This document shows positions 9,679 to 18,983 of a stretch of DNA of 64,000 nt, in pieces. Under the pieces are notes generated by a model, which was given only the letters and a program-made list of their open reading frames with translations, ran no database searches and was not told where the DNA came from. Position 1 is the first letter of the stretch. Each line of letters begins with the position of its first letter. Origin of the DNA: Verrucomicrobiota bacterium (lineage in GTDB: Bacteria > Verrucomicrobiota > Verrucomicrobiia > Limisphaerales > AAA164-E04); contig CP170459.1 in assembly GCA_047947115.1 (NCBI GenBank), positions 2,272,001 through 2,336,000 of the forward strand. The letters are read 5' to 3'. The position numbers were made by a program, and so were the translations under genes.

Positions 9679-9707
9679 TTGACGACGGATTGCATCCGAT
9701 GTATGAA
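9679..9707 (+). promoter_or_regulatory. Sigma70-like promoter with operator palindrome for the second vapBC (probably leaderless)
   Basis: TTGACG (9679-9684), 17-bp spacer, TATGAA (9702-9707), ATG 6 nt later. Spacer holds the palindrome CGGAT-TGC-ATCCG. Confidence 0.55.
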
Positions 9708-9713
9708 TGATGT

Positions 9714-9959
9714 ATGACTCGCACTCAGATTCAGTTTCCCGATCCACTGTTTCGACGCCTTAAAGAGGCGGCAAAGCGGATGGATTGGTCTTTGGCGGAA
9801 TTGTTACGGCGCTCTGCCGAGAGCTATTTGGCCACTCTTCCTGAAATTCAAGAAAAGGGTGAATGGGTCATGCCTATCCTCCGACCCAGTGGTGGTTATT
9901 TGAAAGATCCTGCGACCATAAAACCCGAAGCTGACGCAATTGAACATAAACGCACCTGA
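9714..9959 (+). CDS. vapB: CopG/RHH antitoxin
   Basis: MTRTQIQFPDPLFRRLKEAAK...SLAELLRR; TGATG overlap with the PIN gene. Confidence 0.85.
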   Translation: MTRTQIQFPDPLFRRLKEAAKRMDWSLAELLRRSAESYLATLPEIQEKGEWVMPILRPSGGYLKDPATIKPEADAIEHKRT

Positions 9960-10414
9960 TGCGCTCCGCTGATACCAATCTGCTCATTTATGCAGCCGAT
10001 CCTGATTCCCCTTATCATCAGCGGTCTCGCGATTTTTTCATGACAGTGCAGTCGGAGGACGCGAGGTTCGTGTTATGTGAACTGATCCTGGTGGAACTTT
10101 ATATGCAGCTTCGAAATCCAGCCGTATTTCGAATGCCTTATTCACCGAAAGAAGCGGCTGATTACTGTAACGGGCTGAAGGCTTGTCCTTATTGGCGGTG
10201 CGTGGATTATTCGATCGATGTTTCAAGACACCTTTGGAATTGGGCTGAACGGGATGATGGAGGTTTCCGACGGATCATCGATGCTCGAATTGCCCTGACA
10301 CTCCGTCATCATGGAGTCACGGAATTTGCCACCGCCAATGTAAAAGATTTCCAAAACATGGGTTTTGAAAAAGTATGGAACCCATTGCGAGCTACGGTAG
10401 ATTCGTTTTTTTGA
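9959..10414 (+). CDS. vapC: VapC PIN-domain toxin
   Basis: ADTNLLIYA, RIIDARIALTL, FATANVKDF, KVWNPL. Confidence 0.9.
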   Translation: MRSADTNLLIYAADPDSPYHQRSRDFFMTVQSEDARFVLCELILVELYMQLRNPAVFRMPYSPKEAADYCNGLKACPYWRCVDYSIDVSRHLWNWAERDDGGFRRIIDARIALTLRHHGVTEFATANVKDFQNMGFEKVWNPLRATVDSFF

Positions 10415-10442
10415 CAGGATACACAGTGTCATCGATCCCTGC

Positions 10443-10920
10443 TCAAGATAAGGCTTCCAGTTCAGGGCGATTGGATGGGCGCAGCTGATGAGTCTTTTCG
10501 ATGTAGCTTCCAATCCAGATCCATTGGATCACATCAAATGTAATCGAAAAAACAAAGGCAAAGTAATTCATGGATTCCTTGCCCGTAAAATCGTGGGCGA
10601 TGATTGCCATGACAATGGATACTGGCACTGCGATGCAGATAAGCTTTATGCTGACAATCCAGGCAAAAACAAAAAACTTGCATAGAAATTGGTTTCCAAA
10701 CCCTTCATTGATGCCCTTCAGATAAAGCATCCCCCATATTGTTATGGCAACGCTGATCACAGAAGCCATGACATCCAATGGCCTTGTTTCTCCATCGGGA
10801 AAGGCACTCGCAATCGCCATCATCAACACCACACCCAGGAAATAGGGGCCGGCTTCTGATTCTTTGAATGAATTTTCTTGGAACTTCTCAATAACTGGAT
10901 TTGGGTCCCACTATTTGCAT
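10443..10920 (-). pseudogene. Membrane hypothetical protein, apparently frameshifted near its start
   Basis: The frame of ORF 10443-10832 stays open to 10910 (WDPNPVIEKFQENSFKESEAGPYFL) and is closed by TAG. ATG 10920 (MQI) is off-frame by one base. About four hydrophobic segments. Confidence 0.55.
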
Positions 10921-10971
10921 GAGTTTTATTATGAACGAGTTGCTGGTAGGTGTGAAGTGAAATTCCTTTGA

Positions 10972-13900
10972 TCATTCCCAGGTGGCAAGGAATTCCACCA
11001 GGTCCCGCAATTCGAACGGGGTGAGGATGCCGATCATGGGGGGCATGGTGGAGGCCTGTATGACGGTGCGTTGCTCGATGTCGGGTGTGGCCAGTTCCAG
11101 TTTTTCTCCGGCGACGTTGATGAATGTCAGCGTCTCGTCTTTTTCGGATGCGATGCGTCCGGAGTGTGTGGTGCCGTCTTTGAGTTGAATCATGGTGAGA
11201 GCATAGCCTTCCGCCAGTTTTGCTGAGGGATGGATGAGTGACTCAAGAAGGTATTCGCGCGTCTTGGTTTTACCAATGCCTTTGAGCACCGGCCCGACCT
11301 GGTTTTCGGGGCCTCCGGCATCGTGACAGCGAATGCATTGTGCAGCGATATGCCCTTCGAATACCTGCTTGCCCCGTTCGATGTCTCCACCTGCCAGAGC
11401 AGATTGGTGGTAGGTTAATCTCATAGGACTTCCCAAGTTTTGACGGTACTGGGTTGCTTTCTCTGCCAGATCCGAATCTTTGTGTGCCGACACCGCCTCA
11501 AGAACATCCAGGTGGAGTTTTGAATCGAGGTTTCCTTCTTTCAAACGATCGAAATATTCTTTCAGGATGAAACGACTGGTTTCGTTGTGTATGGTTCCTA
11601 TCTGCTTTAACCCCAGTTGCTGTTCCTTGAGGGTGAGTGAACGCCCTTTGTCTCTGAAATAATTGGTAAACTGTTCGGCATTCGTTTTCGCAAGTGAGTC
11701 AAGAGCCTGGTGTCGCAGGGGGGCTTGATCGGATTGAAGCGTCTGGTTGATGACGTCGGTTAGTCCGATGTAGGCGGATTCGGTCAGGGCCGAGAGGGAG
11801 CCGATGCGTGTGGTGAGGTCAAAGTCCGGTGAGAGGACCCACGCGGCCAGGGTGGCATCATTGACTTTGATTTGATAGGTGTCCACGAGGCGGATCAATT
11901 CCGAACGGAGTGTGGGAGTTGCTTCGTTGAGGACGGATTGGAATCCGGATTTCAATACATTGTCTGCAGCGTCAGGTTCGCGGTTTACCAGATGGCGCAC
12001 CCGTCCGGTGACGCGATCAAGGTAGGGATGGGCGTTCCAGGTCGCCAGAGATTCCAATGCCTCGATGCGCATGGTTTCCGGTGCGGTGTGGTCCCGGGCG
12101 TAGGCCAGGAGTCGGGCAGCGTTTTCCTGTCTGCCCAGACGCATGTTGGCGTTGATGGCACGTCTTAGGATAGCTTCATCACTGTGCATGGTCTCGGGCA
12201 AATTCATCAGCAACCAAGCGAGGTCGTGCAGGGCTCCTGGGATCGAGAAATCATCATGAATCGCACGGGCGGCTTCCTGAACGACATGGATATGATCGTC
12301 TTTTAGGAAGGCCTTCACTGCTTCGGATTGCAGACGACGCAATGCCACCACGGCTGCCACTCTCACGGGTAACGATGCGTCGGATGAGCAGGCTTCCAGG
12401 GAGGCGACGTCGTTCATGCCAACCCAAGCCATCACGCCGGCATGTCGAAGGTAAGGGTCTTCGCCATTGTTTTCTCTAAGCATTTGCCGGACCGCTTCGA
12501 ATCCGGAGCGGTCTCCTGTTTTCCCGAGCGCGATTCCCGCCATGAACCGGACGCGAGGGTGATCGTCCTTCAGAAGGCTGATGAGTCGGTTGGAAAGCGG
12601 TGTGGCTTTCAGGTCGCCTGCGATCTTGGCGCTTTGCGCCCGCACCTCAGGGGAGGGGGCCTCGAGCGGCAACTGTGATAAAACGGAGGCAGGCACCCGG
12701 TCTTCAAATTGTCCGATTCCCCAAAGCGCGTGGATTCTGGCGAGTAAGGGCGCTTCCGCGTTTCGAGCCATTGCAAGCAGTTCGTTTAATCGCTCGCGCC
12801 GTACGAGTTCAAATTGAGCTTTCAAGCGAATACGCTGATCCGCATGCCCCAGCCAGGTGAGTAAATCGGATATGGCTTGTGCTTTGAATGACATGCTGAT
12901 CAGACGCTTTACCTCCTGACGGATGAGTGAACTTGCGACATTCGGATCATCCACCTTGTAGATCGCACCCTTGTCGTTGGGCATCCACATGCCGTCCCAG
13001 TCTGCGATGTAGGTGCCGCCATCGGGACCGAAGTTAATGGCGCTGGCCATCAGGCCCTGATGAAAAATGTGCTCGTCCACCATTTCAAAGTAAGCCCCTT
13101 TTGGCTTTGCCCGAAACGCGGTGATCTTTTTCACCGGAAATTGAGCGAGGAAAAAGAATCCTTTATATCGGTCGTTGAGTGCGGTTCCCGGATTGTATTT
13201 GAACCCACCCGGACCAACAGAATAATTGGCGATGGGGGGAGTGATGTAGGCGGCTTGTCCCTCGTGATGGGGGATCCACATTTTTTCTTCGATCCAGGGA
13301 CTGTAGGTCGGCATGCCGGTGTAGGTGGCCCATCCCTTGGTTCGGAACTGCCAGTTCAGGCGCCATCCGGAATCCGATCCTTCGGTGATGTAAACAAAGC
13401 GTTCGCGTTCACCCCGAACGTCGCCGTCGTTGTCCACCGAGAACCAGTTGCCGAAATCATCGAACGCGATTTCTTGAACGTTGCGCAAACCGTAAGCAAA
13501 CAGCTCCAGGTCAGAACCATCCGGACGCATTCGGAGTACGCCGCCGGTGTTGGGATGATGAATCTTGTTGCCTTCTTTTGTTGTGACCGAAATACCGTTG
13601 TCTCCCACTGAAAAATAGATCCAGCCATCGGGTCCCACGGTAAGTCCATGGATGTCATGACCGTCCATGGCGGCATGTACCCCGAATCCGCGATGTAAGA
13701 TTTCACGGCTGTCGGCGATGCCGTCCTGATCCTTGTCGGTGAGTCGCCAGATGTCGGGATAGATGGTGTAATAAACATCGTTTCCATAAGGCAGGACACC
13801 TGCAGCGGCTCCGTTGTTGGGCTCATTGAAACCTTCCGCAAACACTTTGCTTGTGTCGGCCTTGCCGTCGCCGTCGGTGTCTTCGATCCGGTGGATGCGT

Positions 13901-14349
13901 TCCTTGACCATGGTCAGGTCACGCCAGTCGTGACTGCCATCGTTGTTCAGGTCGGGTAGCCATTGACGATTTTTCCCACTTTTTTCCGGTGCCATCCATG
14001 ATTTAAAAAGTTCGATTTGTTGCGGGATGGAGTCCGATCCCAGATCTTCCTTGATCCATTCCTTGTGAGCACGGATGTCGATGTCCACGCTGCCGCGTCG
14101 AGCTGTTTCGACGACAAACAAGCGGCCCTGATCATCGAAACTCAATGCGACCGGATTGATCAAAAGGGGCTCCCGCGCCCACAATTCCATTTCCAAACCG
14201 CGATCGACAAGGGGGACGTAATCGGTGGCGGCGGGATATTCCTGTTGAGCGGGCAGAGATTGGGTAAAGGAAAAGAGGATCGCGAGCGTCATGTTGCAAC
14301 ACATTCGCATGCTGCTTGTATCCGCAGATATAACCGATGGAAATCGCAT
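10972..14349 (-). CDS. PVC-type heme-binding protein (glucose/sorbosone-dehydrogenase-like propeller, HEAT repeats, C-terminal cytochrome c)
   Basis: NPVALSFDDQGRLFVVE, GPDGWIYFSVGD, YGLRNVQEIAFDDFG, HEAT-like repeats, GDIERGKQVF...CIRCH. Start ATG 14349 preferred over 14388. Confidence 0.9.
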   Translation of the reverse strand: MRFPSVISADTSSMRMCCNMTLAILFSFTQSLPAQQEYPAATDYVPLVDRGLEMELWAREPLLINPVALSFDDQGRLFVVETARRGSVDIDIRAHKEWIKEDLGSDSIPQQIELFKSWMAPEKSGKNRQWLPDLNNDGSHDWRDLTMVKERIHRIEDTDGDGKADTSKVFAEGFNEPNNGAAAGVLPYGNDVYYTIYPDIWRLTDKDQDGIADSREILHRGFGVHAAMDGHDIHGLTVGPDGWIYFSVGDNGISVTTKEGNKIHHPNTGGVLRMRPDGSDLELFAYGLRNVQEIAFDDFGNWFSVDNDGDVRGERERFVYITEGSDSGWRLNWQFRTKGWATYTGMPTYSPWIEEKMWIPHHEGQAAYITPPIANYSVGPGGFKYNPGTALNDRYKGFFFLAQFPVKKITAFRAKPKGAYFEMVDEHIFHQGLMASAINFGPDGGTYIADWDGMWMPNDKGAIYKVDDPNVASSLIRQEVKRLISMSFKAQAISDLLTWLGHADQRIRLKAQFELVRRERLNELLAMARNAEAPLLARIHALWGIGQFEDRVPASVLSQLPLEAPSPEVRAQSAKIAGDLKATPLSNRLISLLKDDHPRVRFMAGIALGKTGDRSGFEAVRQMLRENNGEDPYLRHAGVMAWVGMNDVASLEACSSDASLPVRVAAVVALRRLQSEAVKAFLKDDHIHVVQEAARAIHDDFSIPGALHDLAWLLMNLPETMHSDEAILRRAINANMRLGRQENAARLLAYARDHTAPETMRIEALESLATWNAHPYLDRVTGRVRHLVNREPDAADNVLKSGFQSVLNEATPTLRSELIRLVDTYQIKVNDATLAAWVLSPDFDLTTRIGSLSALTESAYIGLTDVINQTLQSDQAPLRHQALDSLAKTNAEQFTNYFRDKGRSLTLKEQQLGLKQIGTIHNETSRFILKEYFDRLKEGNLDSKLHLDVLEAVSAHKDSDLAEKATQYRQNLGSPMRLTYHQSALAGGDIERGKQVFEGHIAAQCIRCHDAGGPENQVGPVLKGIGKTKTREYLLESLIHPSAKLAEGYALTMIQLKDGTTHSGRIASEKDETLTFINVAGEKLELATPDIEQRTVIQASTMPPMIGILTPFELRDLVEFLATWE

Positions 14350-14465
14350 GGAGTGATCTTGCTCGAACAATGCATTTGAATCACGCAAAAACTACCCAAC
14401 GATGCATAAGATGCCAAAGGAATCAGATTTTTTTTCGATCTCAATGCTGAACTGGAATGGCTAAC

Positions 14466-14494
14466 TTGACTACGCTTAAAAAGCGTTCCATGAT
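14466..14494 (+). promoter_or_regulatory. Sigma70-like promoter with operator palindrome for phd-vapC
   Basis: TTGACT (14466-14471), 17-bp spacer, CATGAT (14489-14494). Spacer holds ACGCTT-AAA-AAGCGT; ATG is 8 nt downstream. Confidence 0.55.
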
Positions 14495-14502
14495 CATCTT
14501 AG

Positions 14503-14745
14503 ATGAAGACGATTACGACCCACGATGCGAAGACGCATTTGTCGCGTTATCTTGCAGAGGTGGAAGAAGGGGGCAGGATCACCATTGCACGCGGGAAAAA
14601 GCCGGTGGCGATGTTGGTTCCGATCACGTCCCTCAAGAAGCAAGTCCGCCCCAAAGTGGGAAGTATAAAAGGGCCACGGTATGAGTTCCCTGATATCGCT
14701 TTTAGGGCGTTGAATGAAGAGGAACTCAAGGAGTGGGGATTGTGA
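14503..14745 (+). CDS. Phd/YefM family antitoxin
   Basis: MKTITTHDAKTHLSRYLAEVEEGGRITIARGKKPVAMLVP, a classic prevent-host-death fold. Confidence 0.92.
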   Translation: MKTITTHDAKTHLSRYLAEVEEGGRITIARGKKPVAMLVPITSLKKQVRPKVGSIKGPRYEFPDIAFRALNEEELKEWGL

Positions 14746-15128
14746 ACCTTTTGCTGGATACCTGCACGTTTCTTTGGTTGGCGCAGCAGCCGGCCATGAT
14801 CAGCGTAACAGCCTCCAAATTGATCGATAACACCGCCAATGAACTGTATTTGAGCCAGGCTAGTGTTTTGGAAATCGTGATGAAACACTCTACCGGCAAA
14901 CTGCCCTTACCGGATACTCCGAGTAAATGGGTTTCTTCCAAGTTAAGATATCATCAAGTTGTCGATTTTCCCTTAAAGCAAGAAGTTATGTTCCATAGCG
15001 GGGAATTGCCCCGGATTCATGCCGATCCATTCGATCGTTTACTGGCGGCTCACGCGATCATTGAAGGGTTTACCTTGCTGTCGCCAGACAAGCCCTTTTC
15101 AAACTTGGGAGCATCTCGAGTTTGGTGA
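14742..15128 (+). CDS. vapC: VapC PIN-domain toxin
   Basis: LLLDTCTFLW, HADPFDRLLAAHA, LLSPD; GTGA overlap with the antitoxin. Confidence 0.92.
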   Translation: MNLLLDTCTFLWLAQQPAMISVTASKLIDNTANELYLSQASVLEIVMKHSTGKLPLPDTPSKWVSSKLRYHQVVDFPLKQEVMFHSGELPRIHADPFDRLLAAHAIIEGFTLLSPDKPFSNLGASRVW

Positions 15129-15165
15129 GTTGGAAGAGCATTTAATTTAAGGTGTCGAATCAATC

Positions 15166-17229
15166 ATGAAACAACGCTATTTCATTCTAATCTTGATCCT
15201 GGGATTGTGGGGGATTTCCACGATATCCTACCGGATCTTTGCACAAGATCAACCCGTTGGCCGACTGTCCGATTATCGGCAAACGGATGCCTACTACAAC
15301 GAGTTGCATCGTCCCCAGTTTCATTTCACACCTCCCATGAACTGGATGAATGATCCAAATGGGATGGTGTATTTTGATGGCGAGTACCATTTGTTTTACC
15401 AACACAACCCACATGGCAACACCTGGGGCCACATGAGTTGGGGGCATGCGGTGAGTCCGGATCTGGTGCATTGGGAACATCTGCCGATCGCCCTGCAGGA
15501 TCATTATGGGGTGATGATTTTTTCCGGCAGCGCTGTGGTGGATTTTAAGAATACAAGTGGATTTGGAAATGGAGAGCTTCCGCCGCTGGTCGCCATTTAT
15601 ACGGGGCATGGTCATGGGAAACAGACCCAGGATATTGCCTACAGCAACGATCGGGGACGCACCTGGACGAAGTATGCCGGGAATCCGGTGATTGATCTGA
15701 ACATGTCCGACTTTCGCGACCCGAAGGTGTTTTGGCATGAAGCATCAGAGAAATGGGTCATGACCGTCTCCATGCCCCTGGAACGTAAGGTGCGATTTTA
15801 TAGTTCTCACAATTTGAAGGAATGGGATCTCCTCAGCGAATTTGGTCCGGCTGGTGCGGTGAAGGGGATTTGGGAATGTCCGGATCTTTTCCCGGTTGAA
15901 ATTGAAGGCACACAGGATTCCGAGTGGGTGTTGATTGTCAACATCGGCAGCGGTGCCATCGCGGGAGGATCGGGGTGTCAGTATTTTATCGGCGATTTTG
16001 ACGGTACCAGATTTATCGTTGATGAGGTCGGCAATCAAAATGAACGCCAATCCGCCCGTCCAACAGGTCGTGTGATTGCCGATTTTGAAGGTGACTCTTT
16101 CGGTGAAGGTTGGGTGGCGACCGGGGCTTCCTTTGCTCCCGGACCGATCAAGACTCAGGATCCGTTCAGCGGTTATTTGGGCAAGGGATTGGCCACCAGT
16201 TGGGGGAATGGAGATGTTGATCAGGGGGCTTTGCGGTCGCCCGAAATAAAGATCGACGGCAATTATATTCACTTTCTCATTGGTGGGGGGAATCATCCGG
16301 GCGAGGCTTGTTTTAATTTGCTGATCAATGGAGAAGTCGTCCGGACTGCCACCGGCACCAACAGCGGCATGCTCCAGTGGCATTCCTGGGATGTGACCCA
16401 TTTCAATGGAAAGCAGGCGGTGCTGGAAGTGCTCGATCAGCACTCAGGCGGTTGGGGGCAGATCTTTGTCGACCACATCGTGATGGGAGATTAACCTTTC
16501 GAAGATCCGGGTGAGCCTGCTCTTTGGGTGGATTATGGAAAGGATTTTTACGCGGCGGTCAGTTGGGCCGATGTGCCTGCCGAGGATGGCCGGCGTTTGT
16601 GGTTGGGCTGGATGAGTAATTGGCAGTATGCAAACAACATCCCAACCCACCCCTGGCGAAGCGCCATGTCGATTCCTCGCAGCCTGCATTTGCGTTCCAC
16701 ACCGGACGGATTGAAGCTTGTTCAACGTCCGGTTCACGAGTTACGCAAGCTGCGTGGTGAACGCACGCGGATGTCCGACATCGAAGTGGGGCCACAAGGG
16801 GTGGATTTGAGATCAAAAGGGGTGGTTGGTAAACGACTGGAAATCGTGATCGATATCGATCCGGGAACGTCCGGCGAGTTTGGAATCCGGCTGCGAAAAG
16901 GTGGGGCGGCCGCCACGGTGGTGGGGTATGAAGTTGCCAGGGAGCAATTATACGTGGATCGCACCCAATCAGGGGACGTGTCGTTTCATGATGCCTTTTC
17001 GGTCCGAAATGCAGGGCCATTGTCCAGACGCAATGGCTCCATCCGCCTGCACCTGTTTTTGGATGATTCCTCCGTGGAGGTGTTTGGCAATCGCGGGGAA
17101 ACAGTGCTTTCTGAACGCATTTTTCCTTCTCCCGAACATCTCGGTGTCGAATTGTTCTCGAACGGGGGAACGGCTCATGTCAAGCGTCTGAGAGCCTGGG
17201 AACTGGATTCGATTTGGCACAAGCCGTGA
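15166..17229 (+). pseudogene. GH32 levanase/beta-fructofuranosidase with inserted domain, interrupted by one in-frame TAA (16492-16494)
   Basis: WMNDPNG, FRDP and WECPD motifs lie in 15166-16494. The same frame continues after the stop (PFEDPGEPALWVDYGKDFYAA...WMSNW...DDSSVEVF) to TGA 17229. Confidence 0.88.
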
Positions 17230-17240
17230 TCGGCAAAGGA

Positions 17241-18065
17241 TCAGGCCTGAGTTGGTCCTGTTGGACTTGCAGGCTCCTCAGGCTGCCCTAAATTCAGGCG
17301 GGCGACCACTTCGCGGGCCAGCACCTCATAGGCTGCCGCGCCTGCGCTGTAGGGATCGTAATCCACAATGGGTTTGCCGTGACTGGGCGCTTCGGCGAGT
17401 CGCGTTGTGCGTGGGATGACCGTTTCGAATACTTTTTCGCCAAAATAGCCGCGCACTTCTTCCACCACCTGGTGCGAGAGTCGCGTCCGGGCATCGAACA
17501 TGGTCATGGCCACGCCGAGCAGTTCCAGATCGGCATTCGCTCCGGATTCCTTCAACTGGTTCATCACGCGTGTCAGCATCGCGATCCCTTCAAGCGCGTA
17601 ATATTCGCACTGAAGAGGTACCAACAGGTGGTCCGCTGCACAAAAAGCATTGAGAGTGATGACTGCAAGGGAGGGTGGACAGTCGATCAAGATGGCGTCG
17701 TAGCGATCGGATTGCACCAAAGGTCCGAGAGCATCCTTGAATCGGTGCAAATGTCGATCGCTTTGGGCCAGTTCGATTTCAGCGCCACAGAGGTCGACCT
17801 CTGAAGGGATGATGTCCAGCCTGTCATAACTGGTTGCCTTGATCTTGTCCGCCAAGGTGCCTTCACCCAAAAGGGGGCGATAAGCGCTTGCTCCCTCTTC
17901 TTTTTCCAGACCCAGTCCACTGGTCGCATTGGCCTGAGAATCCACATCAATCAACAGCACGCGGAACTGGTCCGCAGCCAGACATGCAGCGAGGTTGACG
18001 GTGGTGGTTGTTTTCCCCACTCCGCCTTTCTGGTTGGCTATAGCTATGACGTGTGTCTTCGGCAC
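17241..18065 (-). CDS. parA: ParA/Soj family ATPase
   Basis: IANQKGGVGKTTT deviant Walker A, IDCPPSL, QCEYYALEG, RLAEAPSHG. Confidence 0.92.
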   Translation of the reverse strand: MPKTHVIAIANQKGGVGKTTTTVNLAACLAADQFRVLLIDVDSQANATSGLGLEKEEGASAYRPLLGEGTLADKIKATSYDRLDIIPSEVDLCGAEIELAQSDRHLHRFKDALGPLVQSDRYDAILIDCPPSLAVITLNAFCAADHLLVPLQCEYYALEGIAMLTRVMNQLKESGANADLELLGVAMTMFDARTRLSHQVVEEVRGYFGEKVFETVIPRTTRLAEAPSHGKPIVDYDPYSAGAAAYEVLAREVVARLNLGQPEEPASPTGPTQA

Positions 18066-18192
18066 GCAAGGTTTTTAAAGAAAGCAGGGCTCTTTGTGCA
18101 AGGACATTAGAGAATCACTTGCCATCAAGTCAGGCGCCAAGGGTGGTATCAGGATTTGCGCAAAGGGGTTTTTCCTCCAATGAAGGGGGTTG

Positions 18193-18861
18193 TCAGCGGC
18201 CGTTTTGGTAGTCTTCGTTGAAGATGTATGAGGTGGGTTGTATGCCGGTCTTACCTGTTAACACAAAGATCATGAATGGGATCAACCCCATAAAAGCGCC
18301 CATGGCCAAATGGGTGATGGGTGCCCCCACCAGGAAGCCTCCTGCCACCAGAATCAGGCTGAGCAGGGGAAGAAGTCCATTTCGGTCGGGAATGCTAAAT
18401 CCGGCAGCAAGGATGCAGCCGACGGTGAAAAGGCCTATGTCCCAACCTGCCACAAACAAGGCAAGTCCCATGACATAAAAAGTGGGTAACACCGTGAACC
18501 GTCCATGTTTGAATGCCTGACATTGAAGAATGGTCCCCATGGCCAAACTGGCAAACGTGGCTGCAGTAGCGGTCAAAGCGTTTTCCGGATGTGTGTGTGT
18601 ATATGCTTTTCCCCAGATTCCAAGGACGTAGGAAACGCACCCCGCTCGAACAAAGTCACTCCAGTTGGGTGCATAACCTAGAGCTGCTTTCCATGGAGCA
18701 CTTCGTTTGACTTTCTTCAAGGGATGCATACGTTTCAGTGCCAGCAGAGGCCACCCTGGAATCCAGAGCCCCAGACAACAAACGGAAAACAAAATCCACG
18801 AATCTAAAACAGAATCAATCAAAGCATCCCAACTATGAGAACACCTTATTGGCTCATGCAA
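18193..18861 (-). CDS. Polytopic membrane hypothetical protein
   Basis: 222-aa ORF with about 6-7 hydrophobic segments; start uncertain. Confidence 0.65.
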   Translation of the reverse strand: MHEPIRCSHSWDALIDSVLDSWILFSVCCLGLWIPGWPLLALKRMHPLKKVKRSAPWKAALGYAPNWSDFVRAGCVSYVLGIWGKAYTHTHPENALTATAATFASLAMGTILQCQAFKHGRFTVLPTFYVMGLALFVAGWDIGLFTVGCILAAGFSIPDRNGLLPLLSLILVAGGFLVGAPITHLAMGAFMGLIPFMIFVLTGKTGIQPTSYIFNEDYQNGR

Positions 18862-18983
18862 TCAAAAATTCTAACACAACTATACTTTGTTTTTTGCATT
18901 GCAAATTAAATTCGTGTTTTAGTTATTTTTGTCGGCTTTTAGCATTGGGCTGTCGTAATTTCGATACTTTTGTCGGATTTTCG

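Noticed and set aside
4044..10970. Integron cassette array (small genes and TA pairs)
   Set aside because: I could not identify convincing attC sites, gene orientations are mixed, and no integron integrase is present.
16492..16494. Selenocysteine, pyrrolysine or alternative genetic code at the GH32 stop
   Set aside because: The codon is TAA, not TGA or TAG, and TAA ends many conserved genes here at expected positions.
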